Positions 1 through 8,434 of a stretch of 24,819 nucleotides of DNA are shown here, one piece after another. The notes below the pieces were generated by a model. The model saw only the letters and a program-made list of their open reading frames with translations. It was not told where the DNA came from and searched no databases. Every line of letters begins with the position of its first letter. Within the stretch, counting starts at the first letter, position 1. This DNA is from a virus. Lineage: Duplodnaviria; Caudoviricetes. A program made the translations under genes and the position numbers. The stretch is from positions 1-24,819 of the IMG/VR virus record IMGVR_UViG_3300005713_000264, one strand, 5' to 3'.

Positions 1-521
1 CCAAACCCGGCATTGCCGCCGCCCATCCCCATCGCCCCGAGCATCGAGGGCGTCCCGCCGCCGGGCTCTTCCACCAAGTACTGCGGCGCCGCCGCCCCTT
101 CGATGTCGCGGAGCACATCGACCCACTGCCCGTTGATTTGCATCTTTTCGTTCTTGATGTCGCCAACCACGCCCCCGCGTTTCTGAATCTCCGGCACGAG
201 CGACGTCAAATAGTCCTGCGTCGCTTGCTTCCGCGCCGCTTCGCCCGTGAGCCCCTGCACCGTCGGCGCGAAACTATTGATAGCGGCGTCGATGTACCCC
301 CGCACGCTTGTATTCGGACTCTGAAACACACTCGGCGTCGTCGAGGGCGTCGTCGGCGTCGTCTCCTCTTTCACCGTCGGCGGCTGTTTCCCATCGCCGT
401 CCAACGAGTAGCCCGGTTCAGGCTTCGTCTCCATCTGTTGCAGGAGCGCTTGCCGGTCGAGTTCCTCGTCGTCCTCTTCTTCGTCCTCGCGCCGTCTCGG
501 ATCGTCCTGGTCTGCGATCAC
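1..521 (-). CDS. Hypothetical protein, runs off the window edge; candidate internal virion/ejection protein
   Basis: Not in the ORF track. Hand translation: GTG at 521 overlaps the upstream TGA (GTGA), GGAGGG RBS upstream, open to base 1: MIADQDDPRRREDEEEDDEELDRQALLQQMETKPEPGYSLDG...QINGQWVDVLRDIEG...GMGGGNAGF. Function inferred from position only. Confidence 0.75.
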   Translation of the reverse strand, partial: MIADQDDPRRREDEEEDDEELDRQALLQQMETKPEPGYSLDGDGKQPPTVKEETTPTTPSTTPSVFQSPNTSVRGYIDAAINSFAPTVQGLTGEAARKQATQDYLTSLVPEIQKRGGVVGDIKNEKMQINGQWVDVLRDIEGAAAPQYLVEEPGGGTPSMLGAMGMGGGNAGF

Positions 522-1732
522 GCTGGTACCCTCCGTCGAATACACTCGGCCGTCGTCGTCCCCTCGTAGGAGTACGACAAGATGTCGCAGTCACACGTCA
601 ACAATTCAGGGGGATTGCGCTGCCGTTGCGCGATCACCAGATCTGGGTGTTCTTCTTTGAACAACCGATCCAACAGCCCCGCATTTTGACAATCCTGGTA
701 CACCGTCCGATCCAGGCCGTACGGGTGAATCAGAATGTTCGATTCGACGCCCACCCGACGCCGCGCCGCAATCTGCCGGAGCAACGCGCCATCGCCACAG
801 CCCAAATCAATCACCGTCTCAAACGACCGATTCGGCAACGCCTGGAGCAACACCGCATGCGCGGCGAACATCGCCTCGTCCGACATGAATCCATTGCGCG
901 GTTCCCACCCCATTCCCTCGCGTCGATACGGGAACGAGAGGCCCGTCGCCCCTTCCTTCGGGTACCCGTCGCCCTGAAAACACACCTCCGTTTTCGAGGC
1001 CAGCGCATCCGTCGGGACGATCGCGCGGAAAACCGGCGTGAAGATTTCCGCGATGCCGTGCAGACTCGACCACTTCACCGGCCACGACAACATCTGCCGT
1101 GCCCACGTCTGCGCCGGTTCTGGCATCAGCTCGCGGAGCTTCGTTGCTATGTGGAGCGTCGGCAGACAATCAAACGCACACGGCAAATGCGGCACCGGCC
1201 GTACACCAAACCAGCGCAAGAGCATGTTCGTCCCGCGTACGTGGACATACCCTTCCGCCATCGGCCCCGTCGTATCGAACCAGTGCTCCTGGTCCCACAC
1301 CCGCGAAAAGAACGTGCGGCAACACGCGGGATACCCGAGCAAACGCCCGATCGTCTCGTTGTCACTCGTCTCCCAGGCCTTCGCCCAAGCGTCGAGATGC
1401 GCCGGCCGCGTGATCACCACGCGCAAATCAAACGGCTCCCCCAGCCGGACGGGTTGCGACGCCGACGCATAGGCGAGGCTCCGGGCCACTTTCCCCACGG
1501 GCAACACGACAAGCCCGTGCGCCGCCATCGCTTTCGCGAGATCCGTCAGTCCTTCTGGCGCGACCGTCTGCAACGTACTGTCCCTGAGCCCCACAATCAC
1601 CGACTGCCGTTCCGCCTCGACAAACGCCGCCGACACCAGCGAGAGCCGCGGTTCCCAGACTGCCCGTGCCGCCGCCGAGGTCCACGTGATCCGCGGCGAG
1701 AATTCCGGAATCCGGAACGGGAGGCGTCTCAT
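518..1732 (-). CDS. DUF483-like Cys-motif domain fused to a class I SAM-dependent methyltransferase domain (404 aa)
   Basis: Start moved to ATG 1732 (MRRLPFRIPEF), overlapping the rSAM stop (ATGA). Motifs GRLLGYPACCRTFF and HLPCAFDC; C-terminal methyltransferase motif I VIDLGCGDG. Confidence 0.75.
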   Translation of the reverse strand: MRRLPFRIPEFSPRITWTSAAARAVWEPRLSLVSAAFVEAERQSVIVGLRDSTLQTVAPEGLTDLAKAMAAHGLVVLPVGKVARSLAYASASQPVRLGEPFDLRVVITRPAHLDAWAKAWETSDNETIGRLLGYPACCRTFFSRVWDQEHWFDTTGPMAEGYVHVRGTNMLLRWFGVRPVPHLPCAFDCLPTLHIATKLRELMPEPAQTWARQMLSWPVKWSSLHGIAEIFTPVFRAIVPTDALASKTEVCFQGDGYPKEGATGLSFPYRREGMGWEPRNGFMSDEAMFAAHAVLLQALPNRSFETVIDLGCGDGALLRQIAARRRVGVESNILIHPYGLDRTVYQDCQNAGLLDRLFKEEHPDLVIAQRQRNPPELLTCDCDILSYSYEGTTTAECIRRRVPA

Positions 1733-2946
1733 CGTCGGCCTCCCTGGTCCGTGTGATCGCCGTGATGATCGCCGTGCGGCACGTCGCCATGCCCCGAGAC
1801 GAGGCCAGCCGCCACGCCGAGGAGCTGCGCCTCGATCATCGGCCGCTGCGGCGACTGCGAGATCGGGACGAGGCCCTTCGCCGCCAGCTCGTCTTCGAGA
1901 TCGGTGAAGAGGGCCATCAGCAGGCCACAGTGCATCGAGCGATTGCGCCAGTCCCCGTCCAACCCCTCCCCTGGACAGTGCCCGCCGCACGCCGCAAAGA
2001 ACCGACACCCCTGACAGCCCCCATCCTCGAAGGGCGTCAGGTACAGCACGAGCGATCGTTCCCGGCCCGCGGTGTCGGCCTTCATGAACGACACGCCCTG
2101 CTTTTCCGTCCGCCCGCAATTCTTCCGGCCGCCCTGCCCATCAATGCCACGCACGGCTGCGGTCGTCAGCGGATCGCAATGATTCAGCACACAGTTCGCG
2201 CCCGGTTCGCGGAGCAACGACAACCGCAGATCGTCAAACGGCGAGACGTGCGAAAAGCCCACCAACGCCTCGCGCAGCCGGCGCATCACCGCAATCGAGC
2301 GCGGCGTCGAGAGCTGGAGCAACGCGCCGTCTTCGGTATCCACTTCGAGCGTGTGCAGATTGACATACCGGAGGCCCTGGTCTCGGAGCGTCAGGAGCCA
2401 GTGAATGAGCTGCATCACATCCCCGTCCGTCCGCGCATTACCGGCGCTCACGGTCACAATGAGGCTGACGCTGAGATGCTCCGCTAAGAGCCGTTCGAGC
2501 GCCGCTTGACTCTTCGCCGTAATCGCATCGGTCGTCGCGTCTTTGCCGTCCTTCGCCCGCCGTGTCCGATTGAGTACCCCCGGCCCATCGAGACTCACGC
2601 CAATGGAGACCCCGTACTGCTTGAAGAGCGCCATGTGCCGATCGGTAATCAACGACGCATTCGTCTGAATCCCCGGCGTCACGCCCTTCTCCTGTCGCCC
2701 CCAACGAAACAACGCTTCGAGGTCCTTCAACGGCAGGAGCAACGGCTCGCCCCCGAACACCGCGAAATTCGTTTTGTGCCCCTGACTATCGAGCTGCCCG
2801 ACGCCTTCCGCTTCCGCCGCGCGCTGCATCTTCACGAGGTCGTACACCGGGCCGCGCTCGTTGCCGGCTTTGCGCATCGGCTCCTGGTAGCAGTACAAAC
2901 ACCCAATGTTGCACGCGACGCCGAGCGGTTGCAGTTCAATGCTCAT
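1729..2946 (-). CDS. Radical SAM protein with C-terminal SPASM domain (anSME/peptide-maturase-like)
   Basis: CNIGCLYC (CxxxCxxC), FGGEPLL, IQTNA, GVSLDGP; SPASM cysteines ANCVLNHC, KNCGR, CQGCRFFAACGGHC (Cx2Cx5Cx3C), MHC. Start ATG 2946 (alternative TTG 2952). Confidence 0.95.
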   Translation of the reverse strand: MSIELQPLGVACNIGCLYCYQEPMRKAGNERGPVYDLVKMQRAAEAEGVGQLDSQGHKTNFAVFGGEPLLLPLKDLEALFRWGRQEKGVTPGIQTNASLITDRHMALFKQYGVSIGVSLDGPGVLNRTRRAKDGKDATTDAITAKSQAALERLLAEHLSVSLIVTVSAGNARTDGDVMQLIHWLLTLRDQGLRYVNLHTLEVDTEDGALLQLSTPRSIAVMRRLREALVGFSHVSPFDDLRLSLLREPGANCVLNHCDPLTTAAVRGIDGQGGRKNCGRTEKQGVSFMKADTAGRERSLVLYLTPFEDGGCQGCRFFAACGGHCPGEGLDGDWRNRSMHCGLLMALFTDLEDELAAKGLVPISQSPQRPMIEAQLLGVAAGLVSGHGDVPHGDHHGDHTDQGGRR

Positions 2947-2948
2947 GG

Positions 2949-5024
2949 TCAAATGTCCGTGTGATTCGCGTCGTTGTGCAGGCCCGCGTCCTGGTGCGCC
3001 GCGTCCCCGTGCCCCGTGTCACTGTGCCCTTGATCCGAGTGCGTCTGATCGGTGTGCGGCACATCCGCATGCCCATCTGAGTGCGCCGCGTCGGTATGGG
3101 ACCCGTCACTATGCGGCGCATCGCTATGCGTATCGACGTGCGCCGTATCGAGGTGTGCGTCCTCGTGCCCAGCGTCCGTGTGCGTATCGGTGTGCGGCAC
3201 GTCCGAATGCGGCACGTAGGACGAGGGCCGATCGTCGTGATCGTCCCCGTGGGGCGTATCCCCGTGCGCAACATCCTGATGCGCCACATCATCATGCGCG
3301 ACGTCCCCGTGCGATCCGTCCTGGTGCGGATAATCGCCGTGCGAATCCCAGTGCGACGGCGGCGTGCCGCCGCCGAAAAAATCCTGATGAATGTCGTTGT
3401 GCTCCGCGTCGCCGTGCGCCTGATCAATGTGCGCCGTATCGGTGTGCGCGTCGAGATGTCCCGCATCCGCATGAGAATCCGTGTGCCCGTCGCCGTGATT
3501 CTGGTCGCCGTGCGCAATGTCCCCGTGCGCGACGTCCTGGTGCATATCGACGTGCGCGGAATCCCAATGCGTGTCGGAATGCGCGTCATCCGAATGCGTG
3601 TCCGCATGCCCGAGGTCCGCGTGCCCCGCGTCGCCGTGCGCGACGTCATAGTGCACGTCGTTGTGCACCACATCCAGATGCGCCACATCGACGTGCTCCG
3701 CATCGGCGTGCGGCGCATCCGCGTGCGTGACGTCACTATGAATCTCGATGCTGGTGTAATCCTCCTTAATCATCAGAATGATCTGCCCGTAGAGATACAC
3801 GCCGGTCCCCCAGACCGTCGCGCCACTCGCATCTTTATAGAAAATCAAGAACTGACTACCTGGGCTCGTCGTACAAATCGCATTCGGCACCAGCCCCAGC
3901 GAATCCTGCGCAAAGCCCAACGTCTGCCACACCGTGCGCGCCGCAATGCGCCCATCCGGAATGGCCATGATGAGCTGTTGCGCCCCGCCGCCCGGCGTCG
4001 TGTTTTGCAACACGTACGTGACGGTCATCTTGTTCCCGTCCACCTGATACATGAGCGTCGCCACGTTCCCCGCCGTCACCGTCCACGTCCCCGGATACGC
4101 CGAAAACCACCCGGCGTTGTACGGCATGTCAATCCACTGATCCGCTTTCGAGAGCACACGCCAGCCCCCACCACGGACCTTCTGCATCTGCACCGATTCC
4201 CGCGGATTGAGGATGTAGCGCACCCCCGCCGGACAATAGACCCGCGACGACACCGTCGCGTACGACGCCGCATGAATCAAGGACACTTCAAACGTCCCGT
4301 CATTCACGACCGTTTTCACTTCGTCATCCGGCACCGCCGTAGACTCGAACCCGTTGATGTACAGATTCGCCGCCGTCGGCAACAACCGAAACGTCTTGAT
4401 CGCGCGGGGCATCGTAATGACATTCTGCGCGACCGAAAACTGGAAGTACCCAATCGACTGATCCAACGTCTGCGACGCAATAATCCATCGCGCCTTCAGC
4501 GCGTTATAAATGAGCGTCACAAACGACGCCGGGTGAATGACAAACTCTGCCTGCGCATTCACCAGCGCCGGGTACCGAGGCAACCGGAAGCGATTCCGCG
4601 CCGCCGATGCCTGTCCCTCCGGCGACGCATCATGCGCCAACCGCACCGCGTAGCCCACCTCGGTAATGTTTTCGACAATCAACACTCGACCATCAAGAAT
4701 GGTCCCGTGCAAATCCTGCGGCACCTGGAGCCCGGTGACCATCGCCCCATCCACCTGGGGATCCAGCCGGAGCACCGCCGCATCGTCCAACCCCGGCGGC
4801 GCGTAGTTATGGGTGACCGAGGCCATCAACTTATCCGTCACAATCCCGTCGTAGACGACGCGGCCCGTCGTCACCGTATTCGTGTGCAGCTCTTTGTGCG
4901 TCCCGTCCTCGTTGTGCTCGACGTTCCAACTCGCCCGAATCCGCGACACGAGATTGTCAAATTCATCGACGAGCGCAGCCCCAATCGCCTGGAGTTTCTC
5001 GCGATTGATGAGCATCAACTTCAT
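2949..5024 (-). CDS. Tail fibre/receptor-binding protein with C-terminal His-x-Asp repeat domain (691 aa)
   Basis: Start moved to ATG 5024 (TAATG overlap with nozzle gene). N-terminal helix and EHNEDGTH motif, two related beta-rich modules and a third beta domain, then 263 aa of HxD repeats; follows adaptor and nozzle genes. Confidence 0.8.
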   Translation of the reverse strand: MKLMLINREKLQAIGAALVDEFDNLVSRIRASWNVEHNEDGTHKELHTNTVTTGRVVYDGIVTDKLMASVTHNYAPPGLDDAAVLRLDPQVDGAMVTGLQVPQDLHGTILDGRVLIVENITEVGYAVRLAHDASPEGQASAARNRFRLPRYPALVNAQAEFVIHPASFVTLIYNALKARWIIASQTLDQSIGYFQFSVAQNVITMPRAIKTFRLLPTAANLYINGFESTAVPDDEVKTVVNDGTFEVSLIHAASYATVSSRVYCPAGVRYILNPRESVQMQKVRGGGWRVLSKADQWIDMPYNAGWFSAYPGTWTVTAGNVATLMYQVDGNKMTVTYVLQNTTPGGGAQQLIMAIPDGRIAARTVWQTLGFAQDSLGLVPNAICTTSPGSQFLIFYKDASGATVWGTGVYLYGQIILMIKEDYTSIEIHSDVTHADAPHADAEHVDVAHLDVVHNDVHYDVAHGDAGHADLGHADTHSDDAHSDTHWDSAHVDMHQDVAHGDIAHGDQNHGDGHTDSHADAGHLDAHTDTAHIDQAHGDAEHNDIHQDFFGGGTPPSHWDSHGDYPHQDGSHGDVAHDDVAHQDVAHGDTPHGDDHDDRPSSYVPHSDVPHTDTHTDAGHEDAHLDTAHVDTHSDAPHSDGSHTDAAHSDGHADVPHTDQTHSDQGHSDTGHGDAAHQDAGLHNDANHTDI
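2952..3740 (-). repeat. Coding repeat: 53 His-x-Asp motifs, mostly with 1-2 residue spacers
   Basis: Counted by hand: blocks of 26, 9 and 18 units separated by FFGGGTPPS and RPSSYVP; every His in the tract has Asp at +2; DNA is degenerate, not a perfect tandem repeat. Confidence 0.97.
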
Positions 5025-6940
5025 TACGCGCTGCCCTCTTCCGATCGCGGACGCCACGCGAACTGATCCAAACTCCACTGTTGCGACACCGCGGACCCCG
5101 CGGGATCGCGAAACACAAACTGCACGAGATTCGCCCCCGTCATGCTCAAACTATCGAGCGGTCGGACCACGTACGGCTCGCCCACCGCACTCGCGACGAG
5201 CGTCACCTGCCGAGACAGCGCTTCAATCCCAAAGTTCCGATAAATCAACACCTCCATCGTTGCCGCCCCCGCCTGCGCCACAAGCACCGCCGAGAGCACC
5301 CCAAACTTTTGATAGACCTTCCCCACCGCAAACGGCGCCGTCACCACGTACGCGTGATACGGCTGGCCGTTATCCGTCACCCCGGTATCGCCAAAATGGA
5401 TGTACGTCGTCCCGCCCCCCGCGAGGCCCGTCAGCTCCGTCCCAAACACTGGCCGCATGATCCGGTTCGCATCCTGGAAGAGCGTGAAGCAGGCCGCCAG
5501 CGCCGGCAATCCGTCGTGATAGAGCGACGCATCGTACTGCGTCTCATACACAAAGAGCCGCGACGGCGTCGTCGCCGCCCCGAGCGGGACGCTGTACCAG
5601 ACCTGATCGAGTTCGGGGTAGTGCACCATGCGCGGCGGAACAAGCGCGTTCTTATTCCACGTTTTCCACGTCCCCTCGACATTCCCGCCCAAATCCTCGA
5701 CGCCCTGCCGGCCGATCCGACACAGGCCCTTGGCTTCGTCCAAAAAATAGACACACGGCAACCCCGTCGCATCGAGCCCGGAAATCGCCCCGCGCATCGT
5801 CGCGCCGCGCGACCAGCTCTCGGTCACAGGCGCATACGCCGAGGCCACAATGCCAGTCCGCACCATTTTATAAATGCGACTCCGTTTGAACGGATAGACC
5901 GCGCCATTGACGCCGGCCACAAGTCCCGTGATCCCGCCCCCCGAGAGGCCGTCAAACGTGATGTATTGCAGCGTCGCCTGCGGAATGCGCTCGTCATTCC
6001 CGACGCCATCATCCGAGGCGACCGGCGTCCACCACACGGTCGCGTCATTCCCTGGCGTGAAGTACGACCCCGCCAGCACAAGCCGATCCTCATCGACCGT
6101 CACATGCCGCGCTGCGCCGGGCGCCACATACTCCCCCGTCGCCTCAGACAAAGGAAACGTCGCATAGCCCGTCGTGTACGGCGTCTTATCGGTATAGCTC
6201 GACGTCCCAATCGGCACCGTCGCAATCCGATAGAACAAGATATTGTCGAGACTCGCTTCGACTTCCCAATGCGTCTGTCCTTCAGAGGTCACGAGGGTCG
6301 GGCCCTCGGTCACCTGTTTCGTCACCACCGCCCCGTCCGCCAACCCCGAGGGCACGAACGTGAACACGTTCGACGCTTCCGCCCGCCGCACCGTCACACC
6401 ACTCACTTGCTCGATGTACCGAATCCGGTAGTACCGCGTCCCCGTAAACGTCCCACCTGTCGAAGAATTCGAGACACTGATATTCGGCGTCTGCGCAAAG
6501 CCTGCCCACCGAAGCACCGTCCCGTTCCACACCAGCAACCGATCAAACCCGCCCTTCGCCGCAATGAACAACTTGCCGTGCAGACTCACCGCGTTCGCGT
6601 CGTAATTGTTCGCGCTCACCGTGACGAAGTTATTCGCCCGCGCGACGCCGCCCTGCCACGTCCCGCCGACGCGCCGATCGATATTGCCGTTCGCATCGAT
6701 CGCCCACAGCTCGTCGTTCGCCATGTTGTTCGTCGGCGTGTGACGAAAGAGCGCGACGACCGACGCGGTAAACGGCGCCCCCGTCATGTCGATCCCCGTC
6801 GAACCGCGCCGCTTCGCGCCGAGCGCGCCGTTCCGGAAATCCACATTCCGGGCGTCGGTCATTTCATTCGATTTCAGCAGCAGCGGACTATCCGAGTCGT
6901 TGATGCCGCCGCGCAGATCGGTGAGGAGAATCGGATCCAT
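5024..6940 (-). CDS. Tail nozzle/packaged-DNA stabilisation protein (P22 gp10/T7 gp12-like role)
   Basis: 638 aa, beta-rich; N-terminal DLRGGIN...DARNVDF..GAL.KR.G pattern typical of podovirus nozzles; follows adaptor gene with TAATG overlap. Confidence 0.75.
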   Translation of the reverse strand: MDPILLTDLRGGINDSDSPLLLKSNEMTDARNVDFRNGALGAKRRGSTGIDMTGAPFTASVVALFRHTPTNNMANDELWAIDANGNIDRRVGGTWQGGVARANNFVTVSANNYDANAVSLHGKLFIAAKGGFDRLLVWNGTVLRWAGFAQTPNISVSNSSTGGTFTGTRYYRIRYIEQVSGVTVRRAEASNVFTFVPSGLADGAVVTKQVTEGPTLVTSEGQTHWEVEASLDNILFYRIATVPIGTSSYTDKTPYTTGYATFPLSEATGEYVAPGAARHVTVDEDRLVLAGSYFTPGNDATVWWTPVASDDGVGNDERIPQATLQYITFDGLSGGGITGLVAGVNGAVYPFKRSRIYKMVRTGIVASAYAPVTESWSRGATMRGAISGLDATGLPCVYFLDEAKGLCRIGRQGVEDLGGNVEGTWKTWNKNALVPPRMVHYPELDQVWYSVPLGAATTPSRLFVYETQYDASLYHDGLPALAACFTLFQDANRIMRPVFGTELTGLAGGGTTYIHFGDTGVTDNGQPYHAYVVTAPFAVGKVYQKFGVLSAVLVAQAGAATMEVLIYRNFGIEALSRQVTLVASAVGEPYVVRPLDSLSMTGANLVQFVFRDPAGSAVSQQWSLDQFAWRPRSEEGSA

Positions 6941-7614
6941 TACGGCACGCCCATCGGTCCCCAGCGGCGCGTGCCGATGTCCTCCCAGTCCCGACTGTTT
7001 TGCTTGCGCGAGAAGTACGCGCGCTTCGCCAGGAAGTAGCGGAGATCGGCGCGACGCGTCTCGTACTCCAGCTTGAAACTCTTCTGATACGCCGTCTGCC
7101 GTTCAATCTTCAACGCCTCGTCGTAGAGCACGCCGTGCACCAGCACATCGTGAAAATCGACGGGAAACGCGGGGGCATCCCCATCGGCCACCATATCCGT
7201 GCCCAGGGCGAGCACATCCGCCCGGAGCGTCGAAATCGTGGACGGCTTCGGGTACAGCGTGATCGTCATCGAATCTTTCAGATGATTCGCAATCGCATAG
7301 ACCCGCGGGTACCCCGACGTGTTCTGGTCCGCGTCCTCTTCACGAATGTCGTTCATCGACACTTCGCGCAAGACGCCTTTGATGTGGACTGGGTCGAAAA
7401 TCGTGAAGACGTGCGCGACGTTCGCGTAGGTGAGCTGCGGATCGCCGATGATCGTGTCCTTGACGACCGTCGCGCGTCGCACCTTCTCCATGCCCACGCC
7501 GCTGGTCACTTCGGCATTCCGCAGATTCAATTCGGTTTTGATGCGCGTGCGCGCCTCGGCCGTCGTCAGGTTCAGCCGATTCATCACGGCGTTCTGAAGT
7601 TCTAAGAACGTCAT
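6940..7614 (-). CDS. Head-tail adaptor protein
   Basis: 224 aa; MTFLELQNAVMNRL start, GYPRVY, LYPKP and PAFPVDFHDVLVHG patterns typical of podovirus adaptors; synteny. Confidence 0.75.
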   Translation of the reverse strand: MTFLELQNAVMNRLNLTTAEARTRIKTELNLRNAEVTSGVGMEKVRRATVVKDTIIGDPQLTYANVAHVFTIFDPVHIKGVLREVSMNDIREEDADQNTSGYPRVYAIANHLKDSMTITLYPKPSTISTLRADVLALGTDMVADGDAPAFPVDFHDVLVHGVLYDEALKIERQTAYQKSFKLEYETRRADLRYFLAKRAYFSRKQNSRDWEDIGTRRWGPMGVP

Positions 7615-7618
7615 GACG

Positions 7619-8161
7619 TTACTCGCCCGGTTTCATCTGCGCGAGCAACGCCTGACGATTCAGCTCGTCTTCGTCCTCCAACTGCGACCGTTTCAGATCC
7701 GCCTGCGCCTCTGGCGTCCAATCGGGCGTCGCCCCCGCGCCCATCTCCCCCGCCGCCGCACCGAGCGCGGCCAACGCATCCGCGTCAGGCGACGCCGCCT
7801 TGTACACCTCCAGATCCGTGGGCAACGGCGGCGCCTCCAGCACGGGAAATTTCGACTTCATTCCCGCCGTACCCGAGGGCGTCGTGCGACCGAACGCGCC
7901 AGAAATCGCCGAGGCCGCCCCCGGCAACACCGCCCCCAACCCCGGAGGTAACGCCGGCCTCGGCGCCCCCTTCCCCAACGCCCCAGAAATCGCTCCAGGC
8001 AGCGACCCGAGCCCCGGCAGGTTTGGCATCGGCCGCGCCGCGCCAGGCAACGACGGCGCCGGCAACGTCCCAACCCCCGGCAATTTCGGCACCGGCAATT
8101 TCGTCCGCCGCGCCGCCTTCGTGAGCTGGTCCCCAAACGACAACGGATTCCACCACGCCAT
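7619..8161 (-). CDS. Pro/Gly-rich low-complexity hypothetical protein
   Basis: ATG with AGAGGGGG RBS; repeated LPG and AISGA motifs; acidic C-terminal helix EDEDELNRQALLAQM. Confidence 0.7.
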   Translation of the reverse strand: MAWWNPLSFGDQLTKAARRTKLPVPKLPGVGTLPAPSLPGAARPMPNLPGLGSLPGAISGALGKGAPRPALPPGLGAVLPGAASAISGAFGRTTPSGTAGMKSKFPVLEAPPLPTDLEVYKAASPDADALAALGAAAGEMGAGATPDWTPEAQADLKRSQLEDEDELNRQALLAQMKPGE

Positions 8162-8181
8162 ACGAGGCCCCCTCTAGAACA

Positions 8182-8228
8182 ACACCCCGCCCAGATCGGC
8201 GGTATCGCCTCGCCGACGAGCGGGGTGT
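8182..8228 (-). terminator. Intergenic stem-loop, possible weak terminator/attenuator between head and tail genes
   Basis: ACACCCCGC (8182-8190)/GCGGGGTGT (8220-8228) with inner TCGGCG/CGCCGA stem; only a weak U-rich tail on the minus strand. Confidence 0.45.
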
Positions 8229-8246
8229 CGATTGACGCGCCGCGCC

Positions 8247-8429
8247 TTACAACGTCAGATTCACGCCACGCCAGATCCCGAAGGCTTGCAACAACCACAG
8301 GACCAGGAGCAAGACGACCAGCACCCGAATCACGAGCCGAATCGGCGGCGACATAGGGATGTACGTTTCCACCAGGTACAAACAAAGCCCGAGCACGATC
8401 AACACGACGATCACAGTGATGATCGACAT
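8247..8429 (-). CDS. Small two-TM membrane protein, Thivi_2564-family-like
   Basis: 60 aa; two hydrophobic helices joined by ETYIPMSPPIR, the YIPM signature recalled for that family. Confidence 0.8.
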   Translation of the reverse strand: MSIITVIVVLIVLGLCLYLVETYIPMSPPIRLVIRVLVVLLLVLWLLQAFGIWRGVNLTL

Positions 8430-8434
8430 GCCCG

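Noticed and set aside
1733-2119. Track start sites at 2119, 5078, 14887, 20595, 21551, 23457 and 23699
   Set aside because: They overlap neighbouring genes or promoters; downstream starts with coupling overlaps or RBSs fit better.
1729-2946. rSAM as QueE, anaerobic RNR activase, MoaA or a true sulfatase maturase
   Set aside because: It has a full SPASM motif and HxD tail, and no que, nrdD, moa or sulfatase genes are in the window; not fully excluded without a phylogeny.
2936-3736. Thr/Arg-rich 266-aa ORF and 2906-3730 ORF over the repeat
   Set aside because: Alternative-frame read-outs of the HxD codons; no independent support.
2952-3740. Repeat tract as a CRISPR array or DGR variable region
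   Set aside because: Periodicity is 12-15 nt and conserved only at protein level; no identical repeats with spacers, no template repeat or reverse transcriptase in the window.
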